Virus record (IMG/VR): IMGVR_UViG_3300027863_000121
Coordinates: 1 to 31,449 of that record
Direction: 5' to 3' (one strand)
Length of the DNA stretch: 31,449 nucleotides
Origin: a virus
Taxonomy: Duplodnaviria; Caudoviricetes
In this document: one piece after another, positions 1 to 8,521 of the stretch
How the letters are laid out: the number at the start of each line of letters is the position of its first letter
How positions within the stretch are numbered: the stretch's first letter is position 1
Position numbers and translations under genes: made by a program
The notes under the pieces: model-generated
The model's input: only the letters and a program-made list of their open reading frames with translations
What the model was told of the DNA's origin: nothing
The model's database searches: none

Positions 1-1
1 T

Positions 2-280
2 TTCGGCATCGAGGCTGGGCGAATGGACACTCAAGGCGTGGCTGAAACAGTGGTCGCCCGTTGCCGCTTCTACCGATGTTCGCAGGCGGGTATCAGCATC
101 CAAAACTGGAACTCCCTTGACTGGTTCATTTGGCATTGCGTTTTCGAAGACTGTCGTTTCGGTGTCACCAATGTCTTCGGTGCTGGTAACTTCCACATTT
201 ACGAGAGCATTTTCAGGCGGTCAAAGGAAGCGGATGCAAGCATGGGACATGCGGGCTACTTTTCCCTTCGTGGGAACATC
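2..280 (+). pseudogene. 5' part (open at window edge) of host gene interrupted by the prophage; probable right-handed parallel beta-helix / pectate lyase superfamily protein
   Basis: Frame is open from nt 2 (FGIEAGRMDTQ...SLRGNI) with beta-helix-like strings (CRFYRCSQAGISI, CVFEDCRFGV). It continues in frame at 31168 once the phage and one ACATC are removed. Confidence 0.8.
276..280 (+). repeat. Target-site duplication ACATC, left copy
   Basis: Identical to 31163-31167. Flanking bases differ on both sides, so the duplication is exactly 5 bp, as in Mu transposition. Confidence 0.92.
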
Positions 281-285
281 CGCAA

Positions 286-371
286 AATTGCAAAAATCGG
301 CGCAGGTGGGCGGCGCAATTGCAAAAATCGGCGGTGTTAAATTGCAAAAATCGGCGGGGATTTTTGCAATT
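286..371 (+). repeat. Left-end subterminal repeats, probable transposase binding sites
   Basis: AATTGCAAAAATCGGCG at 286-302, 317-333 and 340-356, plus an inverted partial copy GATTTTTGCAATT at 359-371. A related CAATTTTTGCAA lies at 31121-31132 near the other end. Confidence 0.8.
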
Positions 372-442
372 ATGTCGGCAACGCTATCGGGATTTGGCAA
401 GAAGTTCCGAAACGCACTTGGCAAGAGTTTATGAGAATTTTT

Positions 443-462
443 TGTCAAGGTGTGCCTTGACA
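443..462. promoter_or_regulatory. TGTCAAGG-N4-CCTTGACA palindrome (operator or hairpin)
   Basis: Perfect 8-bp inverted repeat. The same TGTCAA/TTGACA half-sites recur at 12249-12292. Confidence 0.4.
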
Positions 463-482
463 CTTTTGCGCCTATTTTCGCT

Positions 483-3400
483 TTACACCGCCTGCCGAAC
501 CATCACCCGCCCCAACTCCCGACCGTCCACTTGGAGCGTGACGGCGGTGCTCAAGTTGATGGACGGTCCGTAAACTGCTGCTCCAAGGGGGATGACCGCT
601 GGCGGACTGGCTTTCTTTTTGCCACCAATTCTGATGCCAAAGACTTTCAACACCTCTCCAACTGTGTGGGTGATGAATTTGCCAACGCCTTCTATGGCTT
701 CCGTTATAGGTCTCAATCCGCCAAATAACGCTAATCCAACTAAACCTAACTGGATGCTTTGCGGCAATTGCGCCAACACTTGCGCAAGCGCTGCTGAAAT
801 TTGGTTGGCAAGATTGCCCATCGCTTTCCTAATTGCTTCCGTTAAGGGTTTAAGCAATTCACTCGCTATTTGCTCTTGAATATCTCTAACGAACTCTTTC
901 ACTGCTTCTTGCAACTCTATCCTGCCACTAACTACTTCTGGCAACCGCCTCAGAAAATCTTCAGTGACTTTTCCCATACCTTCCACAAAAGGTGGCACGG
1001 TTTTTCGGATTTTTGCGGATTTTACCTCTAATTCCGCTATCTCTCGTTCCACTTCCAGCGCCTTTAAGATTGCCTCTGTTGCATCTCTTTCCATTGCAAC
1101 GACTCTTTGCTGAGCCTTCAACGCTTCTATCCGCTTCTCAATTGCTTCCAATTCCAGTTGGATTGCCTTTGGGTCATTGCGTTCCTTTGCGATTGCCGCA
1201 TGGAGTTCCGCCAGTTTGGCTTCCCTGTCCAACAGTTTCGCTCTTTCTTCCAACTCACGGCGCAAATCTTCTGTCGCTCGTTCCATCTCAGGCAAAGGTG
1301 CAACAGGTGATGGTGGAACTACGGGCAAACCTTCAAGTTCTGGCGCAACTCTTGCCATCTCCCGATATGCCTGACTTATCGCTTCAATTTCCCTCATATA
1401 CTCCTTTGCTTCCTCAAAAGCCCTCCTTTCCACATCCCCAAGGGGCTCAAGGGGCGGGAAAAGGGGCGTTGGCTGAGGTAGTCCTCGCAATTCCCTCTGT
1501 AGCAATTTCTCCCGCTCCTCTTCTATCTTTGCTTGCTCTGCTTCTTCAAGATAGCGCTGATAACGCAGTTCCTTTTGCCGTTCGGCGAGGTCTCTTAGTC
1601 TCGCTTGCAACTCTGCTGCTTCTCTCTCTATTTCCAAGATTTCCTCTTCAGCAATAGGGACGCCTTTTCGCCGAAAATCTTTCATTCGTTGCAAGACCCG
1701 CATCGTTTGTGCTAACTGCTCCATAGTGGCTATTCGTTCCACTCTCAAAATGTCTTCCTCTGGCAACCCTCTCGCCCTTGCTAAAGCGACTTTGATATCA
1801 CCCCTCAAGTGGAATCGCCTCAGCCATCCCGTCCAAATCCCTATCAAATGCCCCGCCAATTGCTCCATCGCTTCAACGGCTTTTTGCCCGCCTTTTTTAA
1901 TGCCTTCAGCGATCAACTGCGGGATTTTGATGCCCGCCTCAACGATGTCCTTAAGCGGTCCCACCTCGGGCGGGGATTTGGGCAAGCGTTTCCGAACTTC
2001 CTTTAGGGCTTCGTCCATCGCTTTGGCGGGCTTCTCTTTCCCCTGCCTCATCCCTTTCGCCATCTCTTCCATGACCTTTTGCCCAAACCTTGCAAACTCC
2101 GCCGTTTGCCGCTCCGCTCCAGCCAACGCTTCTCGCAACAACGAGGAGGTCTCAAAGCGCCTTCTAATCTGCTCCATCGCCTCTGGTCGGCTGGGTCTCT
2201 GTCGGCTTCTCACCCAGTCACCAAGTTCCGCCACCGTCGCCACTAATCCGCCAAAAACGCTTGCACGGACAAATCCTTGGGGAAGTTTCCCAATCAACCC
2301 AATCAGGATAGGAATTTTTTCAATAAGCCACTTGATGCCCGAAATGAGTTTGGAAAGGAAGTTCAAGATATTGTTCAAAGCCCCCGCCAAAACGCCCAAG
2401 CCAAAGGTTAAGATTGGCAAATTGACAGCCCAACTGATGATTTTCTTTTGGGTGTCGTCGGAAAGGTCGTTGAAGCGCTCCAAGGCGTCGTTGACTTTTT
2501 TGATCTTCTCCGCCAAATCCTCTCCCATTTGCTTGGCGACCTCCTGCAAGTTTTTCACAAACCGATCAAACTCCTTGCTCTCCTTGAGTTTGTCCATGAC
2601 TTCCTTGATGGCAACAGCAACGGTTTTCACCGCTGGCGCGACGGCGCTACCGAAAGTGATGAAGGCATCGGTGATGCTCAAAACCGCCTGTCGCAACTGA
2701 AATCCCGTCGTGCTGGCGATGGTTTTGAAGGCTCGATCCGTTGCCCCTGCTGAATGTGAGATTTCCTGAAGTATTTGCTTGAACCTATCCCCTTGCGAGC
2801 CCGTCAGCACCATGACAGCCCGAAGCCCTTCCACCGAACCAATCAGTTCTGCCAGTTGCTCTCTGGGGATGGCTTTGGAAAGCAGTTCCAAAGCGCCCGC
2901 CAACCCTTTGGCTTGCAGCAACGCCAACCCCGACGAATAGCCCAACTTTTGCAAGGCTTCCGTTAAGGCTTTGTTGGGGTTGAGCAAGTTTTGCAGCAAT
3001 TGACCGAGGCTTGACATCGCCATCTCCGTCTGGACGCCCGCCGCCGTCATCGCCGCGACGGCAGCCGAAAGTTCCTCAAAGGAGACGCCCGCTTGGGCTG
3101 CCGTTGAGGCAACCCGTCCAATTTGCGCCGCCAGTTCTGGGATGGTCGTTTTGCCCAACTCTACCGTCTTGAACATGATGTCCGAGACCCGTTTTGCTTG
3201 TTCGGTGCTGAGCCGATAAGCGTTCAAGACGGTGGTCACCGCATCGGCGGTGTGTTCCAAATCCGCCAGACCCGCCGTCGCCAGTTTCGCCGACACCCGC
3301 AAGACATCTATTGCCTTAGAGGCATCAACGCCAGCGGAGAGGATTTGATAGACCGCCCTCGCCGTCGTGTCAAAACTTTGGGCACTTTCAATGGCGACTT

Positions 3401-3776
3401 GCCGAATTTGCTTGCCCATTTGTTGCAGGTCTTGAGGGGCTAATCTGGCGATAGTTTGGATTTCCATCAGCCGCGTCTCAAAGTCCATGAAAGTTTTGGT
3501 AGCAGCGCCCAAAGTCCCGATGACCGAGCCCGTTAGAATCGTTCCCCATCGGCGCAAGGTCTGTCCTGTATTCTCCAAAACTTTCGCTGCCCCCGCAAAG
3601 CCACGCTGAAGGGTCTCCAAGCGCTGGGAAAGGGGAGCAAGAGCCGAGGTGGTTTGCCGAGAAATACTCCGAACGGATGCCCCCACATCGGCGACGGCTT
3701 GGCGGATGCCCGCAAGGGCTCTTTGAACTTGTTCGCTCCCTTCCGCACGAATTCTAATGGTCAGTTCCTCAGGCAT
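483..3776 (-). CDS. Tail tape measure protein (TP901-type core), 1097 aa
   Basis: Long helical Ala/Leu/Glu-rich protein with a TP901-like core (FMDFETRLMEIQTIA...VELGKTTIPELAAQIGRV) and typical C-terminal VDGRELGR motif. GAGGTG RBS. Confidence 0.92.
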   Translation of the reverse strand: MPEELTIRIRAEGSEQVQRALAGIRQAVADVGASVRSISRQTTSALAPLSQRLETLQRGFAGAAKVLENTGQTLRRWGTILTGSVIGTLGAATKTFMDFETRLMEIQTIARLAPQDLQQMGKQIRQVAIESAQSFDTTARAVYQILSAGVDASKAIDVLRVSAKLATAGLADLEHTADAVTTVLNAYRLSTEQAKRVSDIMFKTVELGKTTIPELAAQIGRVASTAAQAGVSFEELSAAVAAMTAAGVQTEMAMSSLGQLLQNLLNPNKALTEALQKLGYSSGLALLQAKGLAGALELLSKAIPREQLAELIGSVEGLRAVMVLTGSQGDRFKQILQEISHSAGATDRAFKTIASTTGFQLRQAVLSITDAFITFGSAVAPAVKTVAVAIKEVMDKLKESKEFDRFVKNLQEVAKQMGEDLAEKIKKVNDALERFNDLSDDTQKKIISWAVNLPILTFGLGVLAGALNNILNFLSKLISGIKWLIEKIPILIGLIGKLPQGFVRASVFGGLVATVAELGDWVRSRQRPSRPEAMEQIRRRFETSSLLREALAGAERQTAEFARFGQKVMEEMAKGMRQGKEKPAKAMDEALKEVRKRLPKSPPEVGPLKDIVEAGIKIPQLIAEGIKKGGQKAVEAMEQLAGHLIGIWTGWLRRFHLRGDIKVALARARGLPEEDILRVERIATMEQLAQTMRVLQRMKDFRRKGVPIAEEEILEIEREAAELQARLRDLAERQKELRYQRYLEEAEQAKIEEEREKLLQRELRGLPQPTPLFPPLEPLGDVERRAFEEAKEYMREIEAISQAYREMARVAPELEGLPVVPPSPVAPLPEMERATEDLRRELEERAKLLDREAKLAELHAAIAKERNDPKAIQLELEAIEKRIEALKAQQRVVAMERDATEAILKALEVEREIAELEVKSAKIRKTVPPFVEGMGKVTEDFLRRLPEVVSGRIELQEAVKEFVRDIQEQIASELLKPLTEAIRKAMGNLANQISAALAQVLAQLPQSIQLGLVGLALFGGLRPITEAIEGVGKFITHTVGEVLKVFGIRIGGKKKASPPAVIPLGAAVYGPSINLSTAVTLQVDGRELGRVMVRQAV

Positions 3777-3804
3777 AGACCATCACCTCGAATATCGCTA
3801 CAAT
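3776..3804 (+). promoter_or_regulatory. Putative sigma70 promoter for the antisense moron gene
   Basis: TAGACC (3776-3781), 17 bp, TACAAT (3799-3804), followed by GGAGGTGA RBS and ATG 3826. Confidence 0.5.
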
Positions 3805-3825
3805 ACTTGAAGGGAGGTGAAAAAA

Positions 3826-4380
3826 ATGCGTTGGTTTGTCACCTCTTGGCTGGTCGGCTGGTTTGTTTTCAGCGCTTTCGCTGCTGAAGGGAAGGACGGG
3901 AAAGACATCCAAGTTCTGGCAGCATCCGTCAAAGGGCGCCTTTTTCAACTTCTGATCTCCATTGACCGCGAAAAGGGGAAGCCCAAAGAGACGGTTGAAG
4001 ATGCCTACCGAAAACTTTGCGAATATCTTCAAGGCACTCGTCCCCCTCAAGACCAAGACGCTTTGAGGAAAGCCCTTTCCACCCTTGACCAACTGATGGA
4101 CAATCGTTCGCCTTCTGTTTGGTGGTTGACGAGACAATCTGCCATTGTTTCTGAATGCGACAGACTGGCGTTGGCTTTGACAGAGGTTCGTCCCATCCCT
4201 TACAAACCCTTTAAACCTGAAAAGCGCCGTTTGAAAGTTGGTGAAGAATTTGACCCTATCGCCTTCCATGCCTTCAAATTCCTCCAAGCGTTGCGGGATA
4301 ACAGAATCTACAGCGCAAGTTACCATCTTTCCGAATTGCTCAAGTTGCTGAAAGAGCCACCATCCTACCGCAACCGTTGA
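3826..4380 (+). CDS. Secreted/exported protein of unknown function (moron)
   Basis: Strong RBS and signal-peptide-like N-terminus (MRWFVTSWLVGWFVFSAFA|AE). Lies antisense within the tail operon. Confidence 0.75.
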   Translation: MRWFVTSWLVGWFVFSAFAAEGKDGKDIQVLAASVKGRLFQLLISIDREKGKPKETVEDAYRKLCEYLQGTRPPQDQDALRKALSTLDQLMDNRSPSVWWLTRQSAIVSECDRLALALTEVRPIPYKPFKPEKRRLKVGEEFDPIAFHAFKFLQALRDNRIYSASYHLSELLKLLKEPPSYRNR

Positions 4381-4565
4381 ATCGCCTCCCAAATTTCGTC
4401 TGAGGTTTTCGTTCCACCCTGCGAAAGTGCCATATAGCCTTCCACTAAAGCGTAAATTTGCACCAAGTCCATTTGGGCAATTTGACCTATTGACAGGTGA
4501 AAGGTTTTCATTAGGAAGGCAATCAATTGCCACCATTGGTTTCGCCCCCTCCTTCGGCTTTTCCC
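4365..4565 (-). CDS. Tail assembly chaperone gpT-like segment, reached by -1 frameshift
   Basis: -1 frame relative to the 4523-4882 ORF, with no good start of its own. Sequence WQLIAFLMKTFHLSIGQIAQMDLVQIYAL is gpT-like. Slippery G GGA AAA at 4565-4559. Confidence 0.75.
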   Translation of the reverse strand, partial: GKSRRRGRNQWWQLIAFLMKTFHLSIGQIAQMDLVQIYALVEGYMALSQGGTKTSDEIWEAIQRLR

Positions 4566-4882
4566 CGCCACGCCTCGGGAACGGACATCAACAAAACTTC
4601 GTTGACCATCCTAATGGCTTCGTCCAAGTCATCAATGGCGTCGCCGACTTCCTCCAGCGTCGCTGTCGGGTCAACTTTTTTAACGAGCCGCCAAAGGACA
4701 AATTGCGTTGCGCTCATGACCGCTTTACCGTTGAAAGCATCCATGAATGCTTCCAATGAACCGAAATGTTGCTCTGCTGCCGCCCAATCAGCTAAAGTCA
4801 GGCGCCTCAAAGGAACTTGCCAGCGACCAATCGTCACGATTTTCGGCTCATGAAAGACATCGGACAGTTTTTGCTCCGCCAT
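4523..4882 (-). CDS. Tail assembly chaperone gpG-like
   Basis: ~120 aa acidic protein (VPLRRLTLADW motif) upstream of the TMP, with a slippery heptamer near its end. Start could be 4888 or 4882. Confidence 0.8.
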   Translation of the reverse strand: MAEQKLSDVFHEPKIVTIGRWQVPLRRLTLADWAAAEQHFGSLEAFMDAFNGKAVMSATQFVLWRLVKKVDPTATLEEVGDAIDDLDEAIRMVNEVLLMSVPEAWRGKAEGGGETNGGN

Positions 4883-4915
4883 TTTCATCCCTCCTTGTTG
4901 TTAACGGCAGGAAAT

Positions 4916-5053
4916 AGCGACTTGCGACTGGCGACTGGTAACGGCAGGAAATGGCGAATGGCGACTGGCGACTGGAAACGGCAAAAAGAACCAGTCGCTA
5001 ATCACCAGTCGCTGCCGTTTCACCAGTCGCTAATCGCTAATCGCCAGTCGCTA
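4916..5053 (+). repeat. ~140 bp palindromic repeat built from GCGACTG/CAGTCGC heptamers, copy 1
   Basis: Near-identical to 8369-8508 (inverted) and 18580-18755 (direct). Begins TAGCGAC and ends GTCGCTA. Confidence 0.9.
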
Positions 5054-6889
5054 CTTTGTTTTCGCTACGGTGTAATTTCTTTGCTGCTCCAAAATTTGCC
5101 TGACTAAGCCACGAAATGTGAGTTCCCTGTCGCCAGCCTTGATTTTTTGTGCGACAACTTCGCCAGCACGAACGGTCACCATGTTTTCAACGATGGGCAA
5201 GATGCTGATTTCTGCGATGCCGAAACGAAGCAGCCTCAGTTTGCCTGTCGGGTCAATCAAAACATCTTGCCCAACAACTGTGCCTTCAAAAACAATGTTG
5301 GGCGAAATAAGTGATTTCATTGCTGCAAAGCCGAGATTGCTCGGAAGGCTCAACAAGCCATAGCGGACGCCGTAATATGCCTCGCTCGTCGCTTTGTTCT
5401 CATCGCCTTGCAAAAACAGAATTCGCCCCAAAAGCCCAACATAAGGTGCTGGGTTGCCGGGTGGATATTTGTCAATGCTGACCGTAAGCCGGTAAGGTGG
5501 GTTGTTTGCGACGACGGTGAACTGCCACTCCTGCTGATAGTAGTAATCCCACAACTCTCCTTTTGTCCCCGCTGGCACGCCACTACCCAAAGTCCCATCC
5601 AAACTGTGCCAGATCCCTCGATCGAGATACAAGTTGAAGTTCGTCCCGCTCGGCTCAACCCTTGTGACCCTGAAGAAATTGCTTTGAGCAAGGAAGGTGT
5701 CAACTTCGCTCAAAAAATCATCATTGCTTCCGACCGGACGCAAAAGGTCGTTGCGACCAAGATAGCGGGAAAGGGAAGCAGCGTCAAGGTAAACTGTCAA
5801 GGGCGATGATGTTGAGCCAGTAATGCGAAAGCCAACTTTTGCCTTCGTTTGCGATGTGATGTTCCAAGTCCACTCATAGTAATTGAGCCCTGCTGCGATG
5901 CTGACGGCTGTGTTGAAAGTTGAGCCGATGAAGGCATTGATTGTCCCAACGGCTGCTGCCGAATAAGCCCAAATCCCCATCCGATAAGTTCCGGGCGCAA
6001 GTTCAATCTCAGAGCGGGTTCCGATGTCAACATAGCCGGCAGGGCTTTGCTGTGGGATGTAAACCCTCAAGACAGTCCCTTCCATGATGCCGATGATTCT
6101 CTCAGCGCCCAAATCGTAAACGCCCCTTCTTTCGACCGACCAACCGCTACCGCTCCCAACAATTTCCCAGCGCTCCGAGTTGTAGTCCTCAAAAGAGCCA
6201 TCTCCAAGCAAGTTTTTGAAAATTTCTGCGTTGGTTGGCGACAAAAGCAGACGGTTTTGAACTTGCGACGCGTCATATTCAATGCTCCAGTCAGCAAAAA
6301 AGTCAATGGGCAAAGTGACAAGATCATCGGAACGATACTGCAACTGTGGGATAATTCTATTTGTCCCGCTCTCTTTCTGCATCTTCAAAGCGACATCAAA
6401 GCCCATGTCAAGCAAAAACCTGTAAGCAGAGCCGAGATTTTGACCTCGCAGGTCAACTGAGTTTGTGCCCAAACTGTCGGTGACCGAAATTGAAGGTGTG
6501 ACAAGCCTTGACCAATGGACTCTTGCAACCTGACAGGCAGCCTTCCAAAATTGCCCAACAGACCAATTGCTGCTTTGGTAAAGGACGCAATCAACGGGCA
6601 AGTCAAGCAAAAACTCTGTCAAACCTTTAGCATCAATTTGCTGCTTGCCGTCGTGAGTGAACCTTTGCCTGACAATCTTTCCGAGCCAAACCACATTTTG
6701 GGCTTCGTCAACGATTTCAATTTCGTCGCCCAAACGCAAATCGTCAAAAGTAGGTCTTGGCAAAAACGCTTGCAAATTCCCGACCCAACCTGCGTGGCTT
6801 AGCGTGAATTGAAAATCAGCATCTTCAACAATCCGCTTTATCCCGTAGCCAAATTCGTAGGGCTTTCTGAAGATGAGCCTCAAATTCAC
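5051..6889 (-). CDS. Baseplate hub/Tal-like tail protein with internal carbohydrate-binding-like domain, 612 aa
   Basis: Hub-like N-terminus (GDEIEIVD..VVWLGKIVR) and CBM-like jelly-roll segment (NLLGDGSFE...W...GTYRMGIWA...VYLDAASL). Follows the Dit-like gene. Confidence 0.65.
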   Translation of the reverse strand: MNLRLIFRKPYEFGYGIKRIVEDADFQFTLSHAGWVGNLQAFLPRPTFDDLRLGDEIEIVDEAQNVVWLGKIVRQRFTHDGKQQIDAKGLTEFLLDLPVDCVLYQSSNWSVGQFWKAACQVARVHWSRLVTPSISVTDSLGTNSVDLRGQNLGSAYRFLLDMGFDVALKMQKESGTNRIIPQLQYRSDDLVTLPIDFFADWSIEYDASQVQNRLLLSPTNAEIFKNLLGDGSFEDYNSERWEIVGSGSGWSVERRGVYDLGAERIIGIMEGTVLRVYIPQQSPAGYVDIGTRSEIELAPGTYRMGIWAYSAAAVGTINAFIGSTFNTAVSIAAGLNYYEWTWNITSQTKAKVGFRITGSTSSPLTVYLDAASLSRYLGRNDLLRPVGSNDDFLSEVDTFLAQSNFFRVTRVEPSGTNFNLYLDRGIWHSLDGTLGSGVPAGTKGELWDYYYQQEWQFTVVANNPPYRLTVSIDKYPPGNPAPYVGLLGRILFLQGDENKATSEAYYGVRYGLLSLPSNLGFAAMKSLISPNIVFEGTVVGQDVLIDPTGKLRLLRFGIAEISILPIVENMVTVRAGEVVAQKIKAGDRELTFRGLVRQILEQQRNYTVAKTK

Positions 6890-8157
6890 AATCCAACCAC
6901 CTCGCCAACTCTGTGGTTATAAGCAACGGAAATTTCCCACGAGTATGAATCCGAAAGCGGGTTATCGTTGGGGTCAAGGAACTCAACGCTGATGACATTG
7001 TAACCGGGATGAAGAACGAATGGGACTTGACTTGAAATGTCAAGCCTATCTGTCACATCCGTAACAGTAGTCGCCGAGCCACGCCAAGCCAGTAAGACAC
7101 GACCATCTTCTTCAAACGAAACGATCTTTCCATACTCGTCCCCTCCCATGACATAAACCGCCTTTTGCCCCGATGGCGCTAAAGATATGCGGATTTTGTA
7201 ACCGTTTGTGACGGAACCGGGAGAAACGCGAATCGCACAAGGAGTTTCAACGCTACCTGAAACTGTCTCGTAAATCTGGATAGGGTAAGAGCTTGACGGA
7301 TAGACCAAACCTGTATGGGCTATCTTCCTGTCCTGATAGTAGCCGTAAGGTTGGAGAAGTTGAAGTTCAATGACGGCTCTGGCAACTATGCCGCCGACGG
7401 GTTCAAAGCGCAGCGATGCTGGGGCGCAACGAAATAAGTAGCCGTCAATGAACAACTCAAGCGGGTAACGGGGTGATGGCTTGGTCAAAAGCCCTTCAAG
7501 TTGTTTCCGCAAAGTCGCTTCGGTTCGGGAAAACAGAAGGGTTATTGTCAGCCGTTTTGCTGTCCACCGATAATGCGTCCCAACGAAATAGCGACCGAAA
7601 GGCATCTGAAAAACTTCGGTGTCCGAATCAGCGGGAATCAAATCTTCAAGGTAAGGCTCAATGTCAATGAACTCCCAAAGTCGAACTTCGTCAAGGTCTT
7701 GAGTTCCTCCCGATGCAGGGATGTTGACAGCGACTCGCCACCAACCTTGTGCTGGTTGTGTCCAACGGAGTTCGTAGAAAGTGTTTCCAGATGTCGGCGT
7801 AACATCAACAACCCCATCAGGGTTGCCCAGCACAAAAAAACCTCCAAGTGCTGGGTTGCCTCCCAGTCCAAACCTTGCGACTGCTCCAGCAGCGAAGGAA
7901 GGAGCAGCGTGGTCAACACCAACACCTGATTCTGATGTCCCATAACTTGCCCTCATATATCGTGAATGCAACGACCGAATGCCACCGAGGAAAGAACCAA
8001 CACTCACCCGTTGATACCATTTTCCCATCGTTGGCTGATAATATGATGGATAAGGTTCAGTGATTGGGTTTGTTTCGCTTGGGAATTTCAAAAAGTTGAA
8101 ATCCCCGTATGGGTCGCCAATGAGCAGCCGCCTCAACTCTATAGGCACAAACATCAC
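6886..8157 (-). CDS. Distal tail (Dit)-like protein, 423 aa
   Basis: Dit-like motifs (KRLTITL...ELQLLQPYGY...GSVETP...LHPGYNVI) preceded by an extra N-terminal domain. Coupled to the next gene by a 4-bp overlap. Confidence 0.65.
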   Translation of the reverse strand: MMFVPIELRRLLIGDPYGDFNFLKFPSETNPITEPYPSYYQPTMGKWYQRVSVGSFLGGIRSLHSRYMRASYGTSESGVGVDHAAPSFAAGAVARFGLGGNPALGGFFVLGNPDGVVDVTPTSGNTFYELRWTQPAQGWWRVAVNIPASGGTQDLDEVRLWEFIDIEPYLEDLIPADSDTEVFQMPFGRYFVGTHYRWTAKRLTITLLFSRTEATLRKQLEGLLTKPSPRYPLELFIDGYLFRCAPASLRFEPVGGIVARAVIELQLLQPYGYYQDRKIAHTGLVYPSSSYPIQIYETVSGSVETPCAIRVSPGSVTNGYKIRISLAPSGQKAVYVMGGDEYGKIVSFEEDGRVLLAWRGSATTVTDVTDRLDISSQVPFVLHPGYNVISVEFLDPNDNPLSDSYSWEISVAYNHRVGEVVGL

Positions 8158-8354
8158 CGACCTTTGTCAGCGACTGGCGATTGGCGACTGGCGACTTGTT
8201 GCTTTTCTTCGTCGTAGCGTTTGATTTGACCTGATGCGACCCGTTCCAACAATTCAATCCATTTCGCCGCTTTTTCGGGATCGCTTTCCTGTTCAAGTCT
8301 AGCAAGCAACAACGAAATAACCCTCTCAGTCAACGGAGTTTGTTGCTCCATCAC
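8154..8354 (-). CDS. Hypothetical 66-aa protein
   Basis: GGAGGTGA RBS and GTGA coupling to the Dit gene. The C-terminus is encoded by heptamer repeats (VASRQSPVA). Confidence 0.65.
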   Translation of the reverse strand: MMEQQTPLTERVISLLLARLEQESDPEKAAKWIELLERVASGQIKRYDEEKQQVASRQSPVADKGR

Positions 8355-8368
8355 CTTTCACCTCCGTG

Positions 8369-8508
8369 AGCGACTGGCGATTGGCGATTAGCGACTGGTG
8401 AAACGGCAGCGACTGGTGATTAGCGACTGGTTCTTTTTGCCGTTTCCCAGTCGCCAGTTGCCATTCGCCATTTCCTGCCGTTTTCCAGTCGCAAGTCGCC
8501 AGTCGCTA
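8369..8508 (-). repeat. ~140 bp heptamer-built palindromic repeat, copy 2 (inverted relative to copy 1)
   Basis: Reverse complement contains AACGGCAGGAAATGGCGAATGGC...AAACGGCAAAAAGAACCAGTCGCTAATCACCAGTCGCTGCCGTTTCACCAGTCGC as in copy 1. Confidence 0.9.
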
Positions 8509-8521
8509 TTCGCTGTAGTTA

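Noticed and set aside
276-280. ACATC as att core of a site-specific integrase
   Set aside because: No tyrosine or serine recombinase is encoded; the DDE transposase explains a 5-bp duplication.
286-356. 17-bp direct repeats as a mini-CRISPR array
   Set aside because: Spacers are only 14 and 6 bp, repeats are too short, and their terminal position fits transposase sites.
443-462. Rho-independent terminator for the TMP gene
   Set aside because: On the minus strand the hairpin is followed by A residues, not a U-tract.
992-2700. Long plus-strand ORFs (221 aa, 324 aa)
   Set aside because: Antisense shadows of the TMP with low-complexity composition and no RBS.
3769-4536. 255-aa minus-strand ORF bridging chaperone and TMP
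   Set aside because: Shadow of the plus-strand gene, which has a promoter, RBS and signal peptide; not protein-like, although it cannot be fully excluded.
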